Shown here piece after piece: positions 26,090 to 41,073 of a DNA stretch of 64,000 nucleotides (its first letter is position 1; every line of letters starts with the position of its first letter). Source of the stretch: Octopus vulgaris (lineage: Eukaryota). Where the stretch lies: the NCBI GenBank assembly GCA_951406725.2, contig OX597822.1:6882001-6946000 (forward strand), written 5' to 3'. The translations under genes and the position numbers were made by a program. The notes beneath the pieces were generated by a model. It was given only the letters and a program-made list of their open reading frames with translations. It was not told the origin of the DNA and did not search any database.

Positions 26090-27195
26090 CGTCCTACAGG
26101 TGTTCTATGGGGTTGAAATCTGGACTTGAAATAGGCCATGTCAGTGTCTTGATGTTGTGATGTTGGAGGAGGTCTTTTGTCAAATTGGCACTATGGCCAC
26201 GGGCGTTGTCTTGTTGGTACACGTGATTCCGATGACAGGAAATGCATGGCACAATGTATGACGGGAAAATTATGGCACACCCCATAGCCTCGGCCTTGGC
26301 CGATGTTTTCGAAGACCATCGACCCAAGTTTTTTGTTGAGTGCAAACCCGCCTCATACCAAGATGTTCTGGCCTCCTCTTGAGTCTCTCTCCACTACGCA
26401 ACCACCAGCATGATTTTCACCCCTTCTTGTCCAAACCCTAGCACTGCCATTTGCCACAGAAATGCAATATCAACTTCCGTTAGAAAATTATACAGTCCTG
26501 TACTTCTGATATCGCCAGTTCTTATGTTTTTTAGCCCACTTTAGACGTGCCTGTCGAGGATGTCCTGTGAGGATTGGGCCCCTAGTCGTAAGTTGACAAG
26601 GCAGATTGAAAGATCTTAGCGAGCTGCGAACTGTTTATGAACAAATGGTTCTGCTATGATCTGCCTAGACGATTCCGTTGCCCTCCGGAATCGGTCCTCC
26701 AACTGTTGTCGCTGCAGGTGGTGATCTTGACATGACTCCGTAACCCTCGGTCGGCCACTGTGAAGACGATCATCCATGCTGTTTGTGACATTGTGTCATT
26801 TCCTTAGCCTCTCAATTGTCCGAATACTGCAATGACCCATTGACATTGACCATTATGGAGACGTCCGATGGCTTGCTCCCTCTGATTTTGTGTCAGTCTG
26901 GACATACTTGTTGCGTTCGGGAAGCAAATAACAGGCTGGTAAATATGGGTGGCTTTTATACCCAATGAATCAATGTTTTGCATATGCATCACGCTTTTCA
27001 TAAAGAAGCGATCGCAAGCATTACTATGTGCGTAAATTCGAACCCTACATGCAATCCTTGTGTTCTCAAAAGAGAATGGTGTCGTGGGTCGGTGACATAT
27101 TCCTGATGTCAAATTGCCTACAAATATGATAAAATCTATATTGTGTCTGAAACAAATAATGTGTTACAGTACGATGTTTCTTTTGTAGTTCAGTA
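26090..27195 (-). mobile_element. Tc1-family DNA transposon remnant (transposase pseudogene, one TIR)
   Basis: N-terminus MSRLTQNQREQAIGRL (HTH); catalytic region YQQDNARGH...WPISSPDFNPIEHL; terminus TA|TACTGAACTACAAAAAGAAAC at 27195-27197. Confidence 0.92.
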
Positions 27196-27239
27196 TATAA
27201 AGATATATACACATATATATATTTATATATATATATACA

Positions 27240-27492
27240 TAATCAAAACAAGCAACAAGAATAACTTCGGTAATTTGGTACGATCGTTTCACGCTACTTC
27301 ATTTTATTAAATGTTGTAAGTATTACAACAGTTTTAAAATGTTGAGCAATCATCAGCCATTAATAGAGGTTTTCCATTAATACACAATTTTCATATCAAT
27401 TGATAACATTATAGAGAAGATAGATATATAGACAAAGATGTGCATCTAACATAAGTACCATATTCATTTGAATCTAAATTTTGCTGAACTTA
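27240..27492 (-). mobile_element. Mini fold-back PLE end of the 9381 family with hammerhead (27276-27359) and inverted tail (27441-27492)
   Basis: 27240-27440 matches 9477-9680. 27441-27492 is the reverse complement of 9381-9431. Confidence 0.88.
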
Positions 27493-27946
27493 TATACATA
27501 TATATATATACACGCACACACACACACAAACACACACGTAAACACACACGCAAACACGTTATACATAAATATGTGCATACTAAGCTTGAGACAGGAGTTG
27601 AGAGTTTGATATATTTTCACCAAGATGCCTCGCGGACTTGTTCATGTAATCAGCGTATAATAGACATGTTTACATGTCTGCACAAATATGAATACTACAC
27701 ATTAAACAATCCAATTATAGATGTACAAATCAATGCAGACAGAACTGATGATATGCTCCAAATATATTTAATCCTCACGAAATAATTTGAATGAGAGGAA
27801 CTCTGCACTATACCTAATGCATTCGATTATGGTCTATAGATGAGTGATTTATTTATGAAAAATATATATCTGTATATATGTATATAAATCATCATATATC
27901 AATATCAATATGTGTGTGTGTGTGTGTATTTGTGCGTGTATTAATA

Positions 27947-28320
27947 TACTCTTTACTCTTTTACTCTTTTACTTGTTTCAGCCATTTGACTGCGGCCATG
28001 CTGGAGCACCGCCTTTAATCGAGCAACTCGACCCCGGGACTTATTCTATCGGTCTCTTTTGCCGAACCGCTAAGTGACGGGGACATAAACACGCCAGGAT
28101 CTGTTGTCAAGCAATGCTAGGGGGACAAACACAGACACACAAATATATATATATATACATATATACGACAGGCTTCTTTCAGTTTCCGTCTACCAAATTC
28201 ACTCACAAGGCATTTGTCGGCCCGGGGCTATAGCAGAAGACACTTGCCCAAGATGCCACGCAGTGGGACTGAACCCGGGACCATGTGGTTGGTTAGCAAG
28301 CTACTTACCACACAGCTCAC
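27947..28320 (-). mobile_element. SINE family A
   Basis: Near full-length match to the copies at 29068, 45840 and 47851. Confidence 0.92.
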
Positions 28321-28324
28321 TCAT

Positions 28325-28635
28325 ATATAATAACAAATAAAATTATTGGAAAGAATTTATCAATATTGTAATACATCGCTACGCGCGTTTCCACAGATCA
28401 CATGACGCATAAGATCACAGCCGTATTAAAGGGATGATTACGATGTAGTCCGTAGTATATGTGGGAAAGCATCTATTAATGTCCTATCACCATGAAGAGG
28501 ATCTCCTCGGAACCTACCGATACTGCGGACTACGCTGTAACCATCCTAGGAATACGGATTGTGACGTATGATCGTGGAAAGTAGTGATGCATTAAAAGTA
28601 TTATAAATTCCACCCAAAGATTATTGTTATTATTA
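28325..28635. mobile_element. Old fold-back PLE end (imperfect arms ~28325-28458 and ~28520-28635)
   Basis: gtagtccgtagtat/atactgcggactac, ccgtatt/aatacgg and tacatcgctac/gtagtgatgca pair. Minus strand shows ccacatat...atctgtg-GAAA-CGCGCG-TA. Confidence 0.65.
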
Positions 28636-28857
28636 CTAACACATTATACGCACACACACAACACACGTTCACACAGCATTATCATTATATGTACCGGCAT
28701 AATGGAAGAGAGCTTTATTGTATTCAACACTTTTTCCCATTAACAAATTCAAAAGCTATATTAATGTGGTGTGTGTGTGTGTATGTGTTTATACATATAT
28801 ATATATGTAATTATATCTATATATGTATGTATATACATGTATTTATATATATATATT

Positions 28858-29010
28858 TAGATTCAGATGAATATGGTACTTGATTTGAGGCACCAGAATT
28901 TAGTATGGTATTATCTATGCAATTTCAAAGTAACGTGATTAATATCAAAATAAGCAACAAGGATATCCAGAGGTAATGCAGTACGATCGTTTCATGCGAC
29001 TCCATTTAAT
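28858..29010 (-). mobile_element. PLE tail fragment related to 9381-9530
   Basis: Shares GTACTT..GCACCAGAA..TATGGT..TCAAAATAAGCAACAAG and GTACGATCGTTTCATGC. Confidence 0.75.
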
Positions 29011-29067
29011 TGCACAATGCAATCATTACATCTTTTTAAAATGCAGAGTGATCCTGCACAAAGATAT

Positions 29068-29479
29068 ACTCTTACTCTCTTTTACTCTTTTTCTTATTTC
29101 AGTCATTTGACTGCGGCCATGCTGGAGCACCGCCTTTGGTCGAGCACATCAACCCCGGGACTTATTCTTTGTAAGCCCAGTACTTATTCTATCGGTCTCT
29201 TTTGCCGAACCGCTAAGTGACGGGGACGTAAACACACCAACATCGGTTGTCAAGCAATGTTAGGGGGACAAACACAGACACACAAACATACACACACACA
29301 CATATATATATATACATATATACGACAGGCTTCTTTCAGTTTCCGTCTACCAAATTCACTCACAAGGCATTTGTCGGCCCGGGGCTATAGCAGAAGACAC
29401 TTGCCCAAGATGCCACGCAGTGGGACTGAACCCGGGACCATGTGGTTGGTTAGCAAGCTACTTACCACACAGCCACTCC
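29068..29479 (-). mobile_element. SINE family A
   Basis: Near full-length copy whose head is almost identical to that of the 27947 copy. Confidence 0.92.
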
Positions 29480-30279
29480 ATATATAATAAATAAAAATGG
29501 AACATAGTATAAATAATACTAAATTTCCACAGATCAAAGCATGACAAATAAGAACAGCTTGTTCGTATTCCTTAACTTTTGGGATTTTAGGTATATTATG
29601 TAATGTGTCATCTGTTTATTTTATTAAATTCTATGTCTTTGTGCAGCTGAGATTGCTCTACATTTTAAAATGATGTAATGAAATTTATTTTCAATTAAAT
29701 TATCACATAAAAAGATTATTATTGTTAATCACCTTATGAAATTGTATGGATAATACCCCCAAACTGGTTCAACTTATATCATATATAAATAAATTTTACA
29801 TATTCACATTTTATAAATAACAAATTCAAATATATATTAAACATTTGTGTGTGTGTGTGTTTAACAAAGTTATATATCATAATATGGTATTATGTATTAT
29901 ATATATATATATATTAGAATACAATGATATGGTACAGGATGAAATCGTGTACACAAATAGTATGGTTACATTTCAAAAATTTTTTCAAAAGAAAGCACAA
30001 ATAGAAAAAAATGTTTCATGCTGAAGAGAGAAGAAAAATGCTTCTTATTTAAAATGGAGTGATAAAAGAACTACAATTGAAGACTCCATGCTGACACTGA
30101 TCAAAGGCAAAGTACTTCACGAAAAAGGAGAGGTTTGGAATGATTTAGCAAAAAGACAAGAACACTACAACACACAAAATGTTGTAGAAGAGGATTCAAG
30201 AATTTTTAATTGAACAAATGCATCACTTGCAGAAGATTGTTTAGACCCAGAAGAAAACTTACTTGTAAATACACACCCC

Positions 30280-31397
<1,118 letters not shown>

Positions 31398-32380
31398 AAA
31401 AGCAGTGAGAAAAGGCCAACAACTAAACTTGCCTAGTTGCTTTTATCGTACAGATTAGTATAGAATATTAAAGATAGTCTCTGGCAGCTATTTCTTGGAC
31501 ATCCTAGCTATTGTAGCATCGTATGGACGGGTGACACTTTGAGTTGGGTATTCCGTCATCGGAGATATGTACGTAAGACAGGGGGAAAATGTTCATCATC
31601 AATGATATCTATTATGGTTCATTATGTCCATGAGGGTGAGAGGGACCAATTAAATCCAATTAGATCGGGTCTTCTTTAGATAAATTCATGATTAGAAAGT
31701 ATTGTGAAGTGGCACAGCATGGTGAGAAGAGAGAAAGGATTGTTATGCAGTACTCCATACGCAGGGAAAATGAAAAGGAATGCCAACAGATCCAAAGTTG
31801 AGCAAATACTGAGAAGAATAAATATACATTCTTATGACAAAAATATACATATGTAAGAGGTATGTATTGGATATACTGTATATTGTTCAGTAAATTCAAA
31901 GGTAATCATTCCAGAGAGAGAGGGGGGGAATGAAGGCTAGCGGTTCCAAAGTTGTGTTAATATTCACGCAAATTCGCTCGACATGGTGCTCCAATAGCTG
32001 GAATATCCCAGAAAGAGCTGTCAGAGTCTATCTTCACTATTCTTTACTGTATTTTTACTATTTTTACTATTCGTTATATTTTAAATTTTAGATTGTATTA
32101 AATGAAATGAAATGGCTCTGGCCTTCACTGCCTAACTGTTTGCCTTTTGTCATTACTTTAACCTATACCTACTGTATGAAAGGGATGCCCATGTCTAACC
32201 GTTTTTGAACAAGACTATCATAAAACCACAACTTCAACCGCTATGGTAACTGGAATTTTGGTGGCATATAGACTTGATACCTAAGAGCATATACCTATCA
32301 ATGTGTCGTTCTCAAGAAAACTCCTCATATCCCCCCACTTTCACCCACTGTATGTATATATGTATGCATATATGTTTGAA

Positions 32381-32612
32381 AGGCGGCGAGCTGGTAGAAA
32401 CGTTAGCACACCGGGCGAAATACGTAGCCGTATTTCGTCTGCCGTTACGTTCTGAGTTCAAATTCCGCCGAGGTCGACTTTGCCTTTCATCCTTTCGGGG
32501 TCGATAAATGAAGTACCAGTTACGCAGTGCGGTCGATGGAATCGACTTAATCCGTTTGCCTGTCCTTGTTTGTCCCCTCTGTGTTTAGCCCCTTCTGGGT
32601 AGTAAAGAAATA
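32381..32612 (+). mobile_element. SINE family B
   Basis: Full-length match to 6273-6503. Confidence 0.92.
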
Positions 32613-33770
32613 TATATGTATGTATGAATGTATGTATATATAAATGTACATACATACACACACACAGGCAAATACACACATAATTGTGGGAGGGGGCTGT
32701 CTATATATATATGTGTGTGTGTTTGTGTGTGTGTGTGTACATATGTATAAGTAAGTCGTATTTATAAGGCACGAAATTGGTGAAACATCGATGTCCATCA
32801 CATATGTACACACATACACACAGACACAGATAGGCACACACATTCACACACATACACATACACAGACAGACACACACACAGACACATACACACACATAAC
32901 ACAATTTATTTCGCGAAAGATAGATATTCACTATCCATGAAACAGATATTCTTATTCATATTATTATACGTGAAATGAAAATATTTAATCACATACAGAT
33001 GGGAGGTTTTAAATTAAAGAAAATTTGGTCGTTGCCTTATGTATATCGACCCTCAGACATACACATGTCTCAATCCTGCTGCTCCTATCTGATGCCCTGT
33101 CCCTATCGGTTGTTGTCAAGAAGACATTTTGCCACTACATACCTGAAATAAGCAGAACAATCGTACACGCTACCCGTCAGTTATATCTCTTCCACGTGAA
33201 ATGTGTTCTCTTATTAAACAGTTTTCTGCATCGACAGAAAATTAGTTTGAGCCGCATGGTTCATCAACTTTTGACAATGCTGCTTACATTTCTGTATAAA
33301 AGAGTGGTAATGCTATTATGTAACTAAGTTAAGAATAATTCATGTCTATTTGGGTGTTGATGGATATTCAAATAACGAAGCGAATAATTTCATATTTCAT
33401 CAGCCCGTATATCCGGTTAATCTTCAATCTGTTTGGAGGGCATAATTCGTAATCCATCATATTCACGTCTAGTTGTGTTGTTGATCGATGGATAGTGAAC
33501 GTTCAACTGTTTGCAACTTGGGAAAATTTTAAATTATTAAAGAATAATTTGTCATTTTGTTATAAAGATTCCATAGCAATCACAACAATCATTTATAATT
33601 GTTAGAAGAATTTTCTCGTAAAATGTCAACCATCCAATTTTCTACCAGCGTATTTAAATCTCTGACGATGACATATATATACATACAAACATACATACAT
33701 ACAAACACACACACACATAAACACATACACACACACACACACTATATATATATATATATATATATATACT

Positions 33771-34257
33771 TTCAGTAAAAGCAATTAAGATTCAAGTGAG
33801 TTCCAATGAATTCACATTAATGCGGTACTTAACTTAGATGCACCAGAAATCTATATGGTATTAACCATAAAATAATATGGGGTGATTATAAACAAGAAAA
33901 AAGCAACAAGAATGGATTAGTTGTTCAGTACAATTGTTTCATACGAAGAACAGCTTTATTAAAAGCTGCAAATATTGCAGCAAATACAAGTGTCCCGTAT
34001 TCATCAGCCAAAACACATATGAGTTTTCCAAACAACCTAGGGGATGAGGCTACACTCATGAAGTATCGAAGAGAGTTCTATAAAAAGCAAATTTAGATTG
34101 TAAGCAGACTTCCAAAGTTCTCTAATGATGCACAGTTTTATAAAATACGGGACACTTGTATTTGCTGCAATATTTGCAGCTTATAATACAGCTGTTCTTC
34201 GTATGAAACAATTGTACTGAACAACTAATCCATTATTGTTGCTTTTTTCTTGTATAT
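33771..34257 (-). mobile_element. Fold-back PLE end of a sister family with hammerhead (33926-34010)
   Basis: Arms ~33888-34001 and ~34144-34257 are inverted. The tail GTACTTAACTTAGATGCACCAGAA is shared with 9414-9437. Motif: tgg-CTGATGA-[60 nt]-GAAA-CAATTG-TA-ctg. Confidence 0.88.
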
Positions 34258-34258
34258 A

Positions 34259-34315
<57 letters not shown>

Positions 34316-34772
34316 GTATATATTCACACTTAATCATATGTGTGTTTGTATGAATGAGTGAGTGTGAGTGTGTGTATGTGTACATCATCATACAGAAGCA
34401 CGAATAACAAAATTGCCCACAAATAAATTACGAAAAATATTTCAATCGATTCTTCGTTGGTTTCAACGGTGAGTACTCTATACATTAACTGAAAAATATC
34501 ACAATTCATATTGAATCAGAGTTTCCGTTTGCGGAACACTAGGTGTGATATTAGTAACCGTCAGTGGTCCAAATATCTCAGAGGGAAGAAATCCTAGTGA
34601 GGTCCATATGGTGCACTACATGTCCGACACCATCAGCACGGTTTCACTTCTGGGTTGTGCCGATCCAAAGATTTTATGAATTTGGAGCTAGCTACAAACA
34701 ATTCAACCTACCTCCAGCCCTTATACACACACACACACGCACACAACCACACACACGCACATACACACACAC

Positions 34773-34830
<58 letters not shown>

Positions 34831-34842
34831 ATATATATATAA

Positions 34843-35166
34843 TAGGCGGCGAGCTGGCACTAGGCGGCGAGCTGGCACTAGGCGGCGAGCTGGCACTAGG
34901 CGGCGAGCTGGCACTAGGCGGCGAGCTGGCACTAGGCGGCGAGCAGGCAGAAACGTTAGCGTGCCGGGCGAAATGCTTAGCAGTATTTCGTGTGTTGTTA
35001 CCTTCTGAGTTCAAATTCCGCCGAGGTCGACTTTGCCTTTCATCCTTTCGGGGTCGATAAATAAAGTACCAGTTTCGCACTGGGGCCGATGCAATCGACT
35101 TAATACCCATGTCTGTCCTTGTTTGTCCCCCTCTGTGTTTAGCTCCTTGTGGGCAATAAGGAAATA
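34843..35166 (+). mobile_element. SINE family B preceded by five perfect 18-bp copies of its own 5' end
   Basis: (TAGGCGGCGAGCTGGCAC)x5 at 34843-34932, then a full SINE from 34933. Confidence 0.93.
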
Positions 35167-35297
35167 TATATATACATAAATATATATACATATATATACA
35201 TTATATACACATACATATATATGTATAGATAGTCCTATATATATATATATATGTTTTATATATGTATATACATACGAACATATTCTCTCTCTTTCTT

Positions 35298-35328
<31 letters not shown>

Positions 35329-36215
35329 TACGTACACACGTATATGTTAATACGTAAATTTAAATATATGTGCGTGTTTGTGTATGTGAGCGTATGTATG
35401 TATATATAAACCTCAGGAATTCTATTACAATTTAACTAACAGATAAATAAATCCTGAATCAGCAGGGAATACTCTGTCATTTATAATTGGACAAAGAAAT
35501 AATAAATAACCAGAAAAACCTAAAACGAAGCCAACATAAACAATTACGCTATCACTAAAAACGTATGTAAGCCAAAGAAATCTCAGAAGCTTATATTCAC
35601 ATCGAGAGTAACGGCTATTTATTAGCTTCTGCTCGGTTATCTTGCAATAGTTAGCTTATATCCGAGAAGAGAATAAGTAAATTAAGTTCAGAGGGAAGAC
35701 ATTTCTGGAGTATAGAAAAGCATTAATACGACTTCATATAGCTCTGTTTTTTATTTGTAATTGAAACCCTCGTACATCACTCTCCCTTTCTCCTCTGTGT
35801 CACCACCGTGCCATAAATAGGGACATGGATATGCAGAGACACACGGTTCACGCAAACGTACACACACAGACACACACGCTCTCACACACGATTGCACACT
35901 CACGCAAACGCACGCACACATATACTCACGCAACCACGCATCTATACTCATATACACACAGATAGACAGAGACACATACATGTATATACATATATGTATG
36001 TGTATGTAGCTTTATCCATATGTATATCTATATTTCTATCTCAACCTTTCCCACTCTAACTCTGATTCTCTCTGAATGTATATACATAAAAACATTCAGA
36101 TAGATACACTCACAAGCACACACACACAAACATGCAAACAAACACGCGTGCACACACTTACACGCACGCACACACACATACACACACATACATACATACA
36201 CACACTCACACACAA

Positions 36216-36460
36216 TATGCGAGGTGTATTCAAGAGATTTCTGAGAGGACATACCGCTAATTTTAAAACTAGGATCCAGTGATTTCAGTGCAATTTTTGT
36301 AGCGTCCAAGCCACTTGGTGACATCTCATTCGAAACCCTTCAAAGTGAAGATATTGCCGGCCCTTATCATAGCTTTCTTTGTCTTTCCAATGGTTTCAAA
36401 ACGACTTCCCCTGAGATTCTCCAGTTTGAGGAATAACCAAATGTGACATGAAGAAATTTA
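36216..36460 (-). mobile_element. Possible mariner end remnant
   Basis: TGCGAGGTGTATTCAAGAG resembles a mariner TIR start; the minus strand has a weak ...W...YLHFEG-like C-terminal motif. Confidence 0.35.
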
Positions 36461-38585
36461 CAAACTCATACTGCTGAAGAACCAAATCCATTCTGAAAAA
36501 CCAAATCCATTCCGCGGGAATGTTTATTCCTGTAAACTGTATCAAAGAAAGCAATTTCTGCTCTAAAACTCCCTCGAAATTGCAGCAAATATAACGTGAA
36601 CCGCTACCAGGTGGTACCAGGTGGTCATATTACTGTTTTAACAAGTAGGATCCTTCGAATCGACAAAACCTTTAGTGAACTTCCAATATGACTACGTTGA
36701 GAATGACTGAGGGATCAACTACGAGCTGTGTTTCAGTGTGAGCATTCAATGCCAGCTGCTTTTAGATCTGAGGAATATGGACTACAATGAAAACATACTT
36801 GACACCAAACGTAGAATTAACTCTTTTCTCACTCAAGTGATATTAACTTCTAGGAAAAAGGATTCTCTCAAAGGTTTTCGAATCCGACTAAAAGCGGAAA
36901 ATTTAACCTTAACCAGCTGATTTTTGCCTGATTGTTCCTCATTTCATTCTCCTCCACGTGTTTCTGTGTTCTTAAAATATACTTTTGATTGCACATCGTG
37001 CAGCTCAAGTCAGTATAACTAAATGGATCCGCAGTTTCTCGAGTGGGGAATGAACCTGTAACGACCATTTAGCTACGAACTTTGGCAACAAATGAGTATT
37101 TCAAGCTGGTTCAGTGGACTCGCTTTCTTATCAGCGTTTAAATATTTGATGCCCATCTCTGAGACATCTCTAATTGCCCTCTAGTCACTGAGGTTCGCCG
37201 AAAAGACGTCAGCCTCATATGGCCTGCAACGTTGGCAGAACTGTTTTTGTAACTCTCTTATTTACCTAGCATACTACCAATTAATACAAGTGTGTCATAT
37301 AGTACATAATCCTTCTTGCACGAAGTCTCCTTTCCTTCGAAATGTCTGGCAAAGAAACAGCAATGCCTGACTCAACACATTAATTTCTTTCTTGGAGATC
37401 ACCTGTCTCAAACGATGCATGTCCATTGTAGTGTCCCTGTGATTCTATCTTCAATGTATTCGTGGGATTCCTAAATGTCAATGTTTTACGACCGTTAGGC
37501 TAAGAGTGGATCTGCTCTTTGACACAGTATGAAACATTTCTCTGCTCACACCACCGCAGTGAACAAACTTAGGAGATTTGATACAGACAGTTTCCCGTTA
37601 ATGTAAAAAATCTGTTGGATTTGACTACGTACATATCATATACCAGAAAGGAATGATAATTTGTTGTCCATGATGGAGGTGAGTTTCAAAATGTACGAAG
37701 AAGCCGCAAATGAGTCAACAAATTACTGTGGAATTTCGTAACTTCAATATGAGAATAAAGAAAAGGCATAAAGAATTGCGTGTGAAAAATATCTATAAAT
37801 AGTGTCACAGGTCAGCTATTATCGAGTAAAACCACATAATGCAATATGGCAGCGTAACCATTTTTGACGAGGATGTTTGTTATTGATGCCTAACTGGAAA
37901 CAATCCCTAGTTAGTGTGACCTATAATCATAAGTTCTTCACCCTATCAAAGTATTTTGTTTCTCTTAAAAACTGATGCGAACCGGTTTCCAAAAACGCAC
38001 TTTTCTAAGAGGGCAAGCTGTGGTCCGAGGAATGTGTGATATTATATCTAGCTGGCGCTTGTTAATTCGATGAGTAAAGATTGGTCAGAAACATTACTTA
38101 GACAGGGTATATGAACATATTTAATAGCAGAAGGCACCTCACTCATCTGCAGCCTTTCTGAGGAAAGATCTTCTGTACACTTAACAGAATTTGTAGTACT
38201 ATAATTCAATCCTCGCCAACGCTCACATTAATTTCCCTCTGTTTGAGACAAAGAAAATAATTTCAAAGGATATAAAGGGTTTCATGTCAATCAAATATCA
38301 CCTTGTGCCTAACAAAAAGAAAATTAATCTTCTATCTTGTCTTTTTCTCCTAAATCAATGATAGTTATGAAAAAAAGAAATATATATATATATTGAGTAA
38401 TTGAAAACAAATATCGAAGTGAAAAAATAGACATTTTAAAAAGAATATTAAATTATTTCTTTATTGTGTGCATATATATATACATATAGATACATACATG
38501 CACACATACATACATACATACATACATACATGCATATATACATATATACATTCATACATAATTACACACACATGCACAGAGACAT

Positions 38586-38656
<71 letters not shown>

Positions 38657-40266
38657 TAGGGGAAAGTCCGTGTCTCTGTGTTGCATTTCCAAGAAGGATA
38701 TTGAATATCGTATTTGAAAAACTTCTATTTTTTTCTTCACTGCTTAACTATTCTTGAAGGTTGAATCTAATAAAATAAATTGAAACATCTTTGAAGAAGA
38801 AAATGTAAAAACCAAAATAAAATCTACAATGGATTAATGCTATAAACTATATCAAAGTATAACATGAAAGAAAATCTTGAACTAAACGTATTGAGAAAGT
38901 AAAAGGAATTATTTTATTTCTGTAGTCAGTGGTGGAAAAAACTAGGATAAAAATCAAACGAAAGGAAAACTTTTCATATTTTGATATAAATGAAGGAACG
39001 GAGAATAAAGAAGAGAGAAATATGAAAAAAAGCATTGTCTTTTACTTGATATTAATGCTTTCATTTTACTATTTTCCATTTATATATATATTTATTGTTT
39101 CTTTGGAATGTGGTGTGCCGGAGCAAAGATATTCCACTTTTAGATTATATTCTACGTACTAGGTTACATATGATGTCAGAATGACTCTTTTCTCTTTGTT
39201 AAGTCGATATTCCAGGAATACGCGCGTGGTTTTATAGTATATATTAAATGCACTGTTGCTATTTATTGATGGGCGAAGAGAATCGTCGAGAATCAATGTA
39301 ATTATTGTCTTCAAACTATGTATTTCCTTAAGAGAAATATCGTAATGTGCTATTTTATGTGTCTGCAGTTGTTCAATATGAAAGTCCACAGTAAAACATC
39401 TGATGGATTTCAGATTAATTATTGCAGTTAATATAAATAATGGTTTGTTGGATTCGTCTCGTAATTTGCAGTTGGGTGTCGTAATGTGTAACACTGTTAC
39501 AAGAGTGGACTAGAATCCCTAAAACAACATTTCTCATAAAATAACCAGACGTATAATCAGACCCAGTATTGAGTCAACTTTGTAAAGCAGCCTCCTAGGT
39601 AGCTTATGCTTTATTGAAATGTCACAGTAATGAGCTTGAACACTCACAATGCATGTTCGGTTCTCTATCTGCAACAGTGATAATTCTGATAATTCATCAG
39701 GCATACATGAAGACAATACTCATATATTTGCTATACACAATGTAATTTTTATACATTCTGTAACTTTTTTGCCTGCTGAAAGCTGAAGAAGGTTGCAGAG
39801 GCTCCTGTGTATTAGATTTTTCATTTCAATTAATGACAATGCAAAATTAAATTTCTACTGTGTCATAGCTGATCTTTAGAATCCTAGAACATTAATGATG
39901 AACTGCACCAATAAATAATAAATACACGAGTTTGACCCAAGAATGAGTGACATTTTAGGCAGTTTTCGTCACCAGAGAAAGGACCCTACACTAAACTTCG
40001 AATTTAGGCGCTGTATATTGCTAAAATCACTTCTCTTTACCAATATACTGCCTTTCTTAGTCCTCATTTACACTGGTCTTTATTTATTATCTAAGAATGA
40101 CTTATGCTTTAAGTCAAAGATTTTGTTGGTGTATATATTAGTTAATAAACGCTATGGCATACACCTGGTGGTTTGCCAGTAAAGCACGTTCACTGTCACT
40201 GTTCGTTGGGTATTTGATTAATGAGAAAGACTGAATACGGAAGATAAAAGCATCTTTATTGATTAC

Positions 40267-40365
40267 TGCAACTATTTCGATCTATCTGGCATCAGTACAT
40301 CGCGGGTGAGATTCTAAACACCAGGTTTAGGTGTACCCCTCGGTGCAGATATGTCTCCTCATGGA
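40267..40365 (-). ncRNA. Decayed long-stem-II hammerhead-like motif in a PLE-type end
   Basis: cATGAGGA-gacatatctg...ctaaac-ctggt-gtttag...cagatagatc-GAAA-tagtt, followed by aataaa. Confidence 0.45.
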
Positions 40366-41011
40366 ATTTCAAAAATTATCTCTTTAAAATAAACACCTTT
40401 ACACCAGATTTCTTCTTGATCTTCGTATATAGAAGTGGCAAATTAAGGTACACAACCTCATTCTTATAAAAGATGAATAACAAATATCAAATACAAAATG
40501 AAAGAAATACACAATGCGGTGAAAAAAGTATAAAATGTTCAGAATTCCACCCGTGAGGAATCGATATATTGGGGTATCAGGCGATAATCGTCCAAGGCCG
40601 GTGAGAATAATAAATGCGTATTCTGCACGTTGCTGGTTGTCAGTAATATGAACTTACAGCCCACTGTATACTAAGCATGACACCACTGACAGAAAAACGG
40701 TGAGAAAGCAGTATCGATTGTAAAGTGCTGTGCAGGGGAATAAATATACGTTATATGAAAGAGAAGCACATGGAAATCATCGCCGAAAGTCAAATTTTTT
40801 GCGATATTCCTATAATCATTGACTGACTTCCTATATCGGTGGAAACACCTTTTGTTTTAAGATCTAATGTGATATATGTATACATTCTACTGACGACTAT
40901 GTCCACTTGTTTCCGAGATGCAATCTGTTCGTAAACACAGCACGTCCAAAGTACATGCTGCCACTGGACGAATACTTTTGTAAATTTTTCGTATAATACA
41001 CACACACACAT

Positions 41012-41071
<60 letters not shown>

Positions 41072-41073
<2 letters not shown>

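Noticed and set aside
33330-33660. Very old PLE RT/thumb remnant on the minus strand (LDVNM, YLNIHQHP)
   Set aside because: Motifs are fragmentary and spread across frames.
34843-34932. CRISPR-like array or RRRAGT repeat protein
   Set aside because: The units are contiguous with no spacers and are copies of the adjacent SINE head.
39159-39494. 111-aa non-repetitive ORF
   Set aside because: No recognisable motif or splice context; a length expected by chance.
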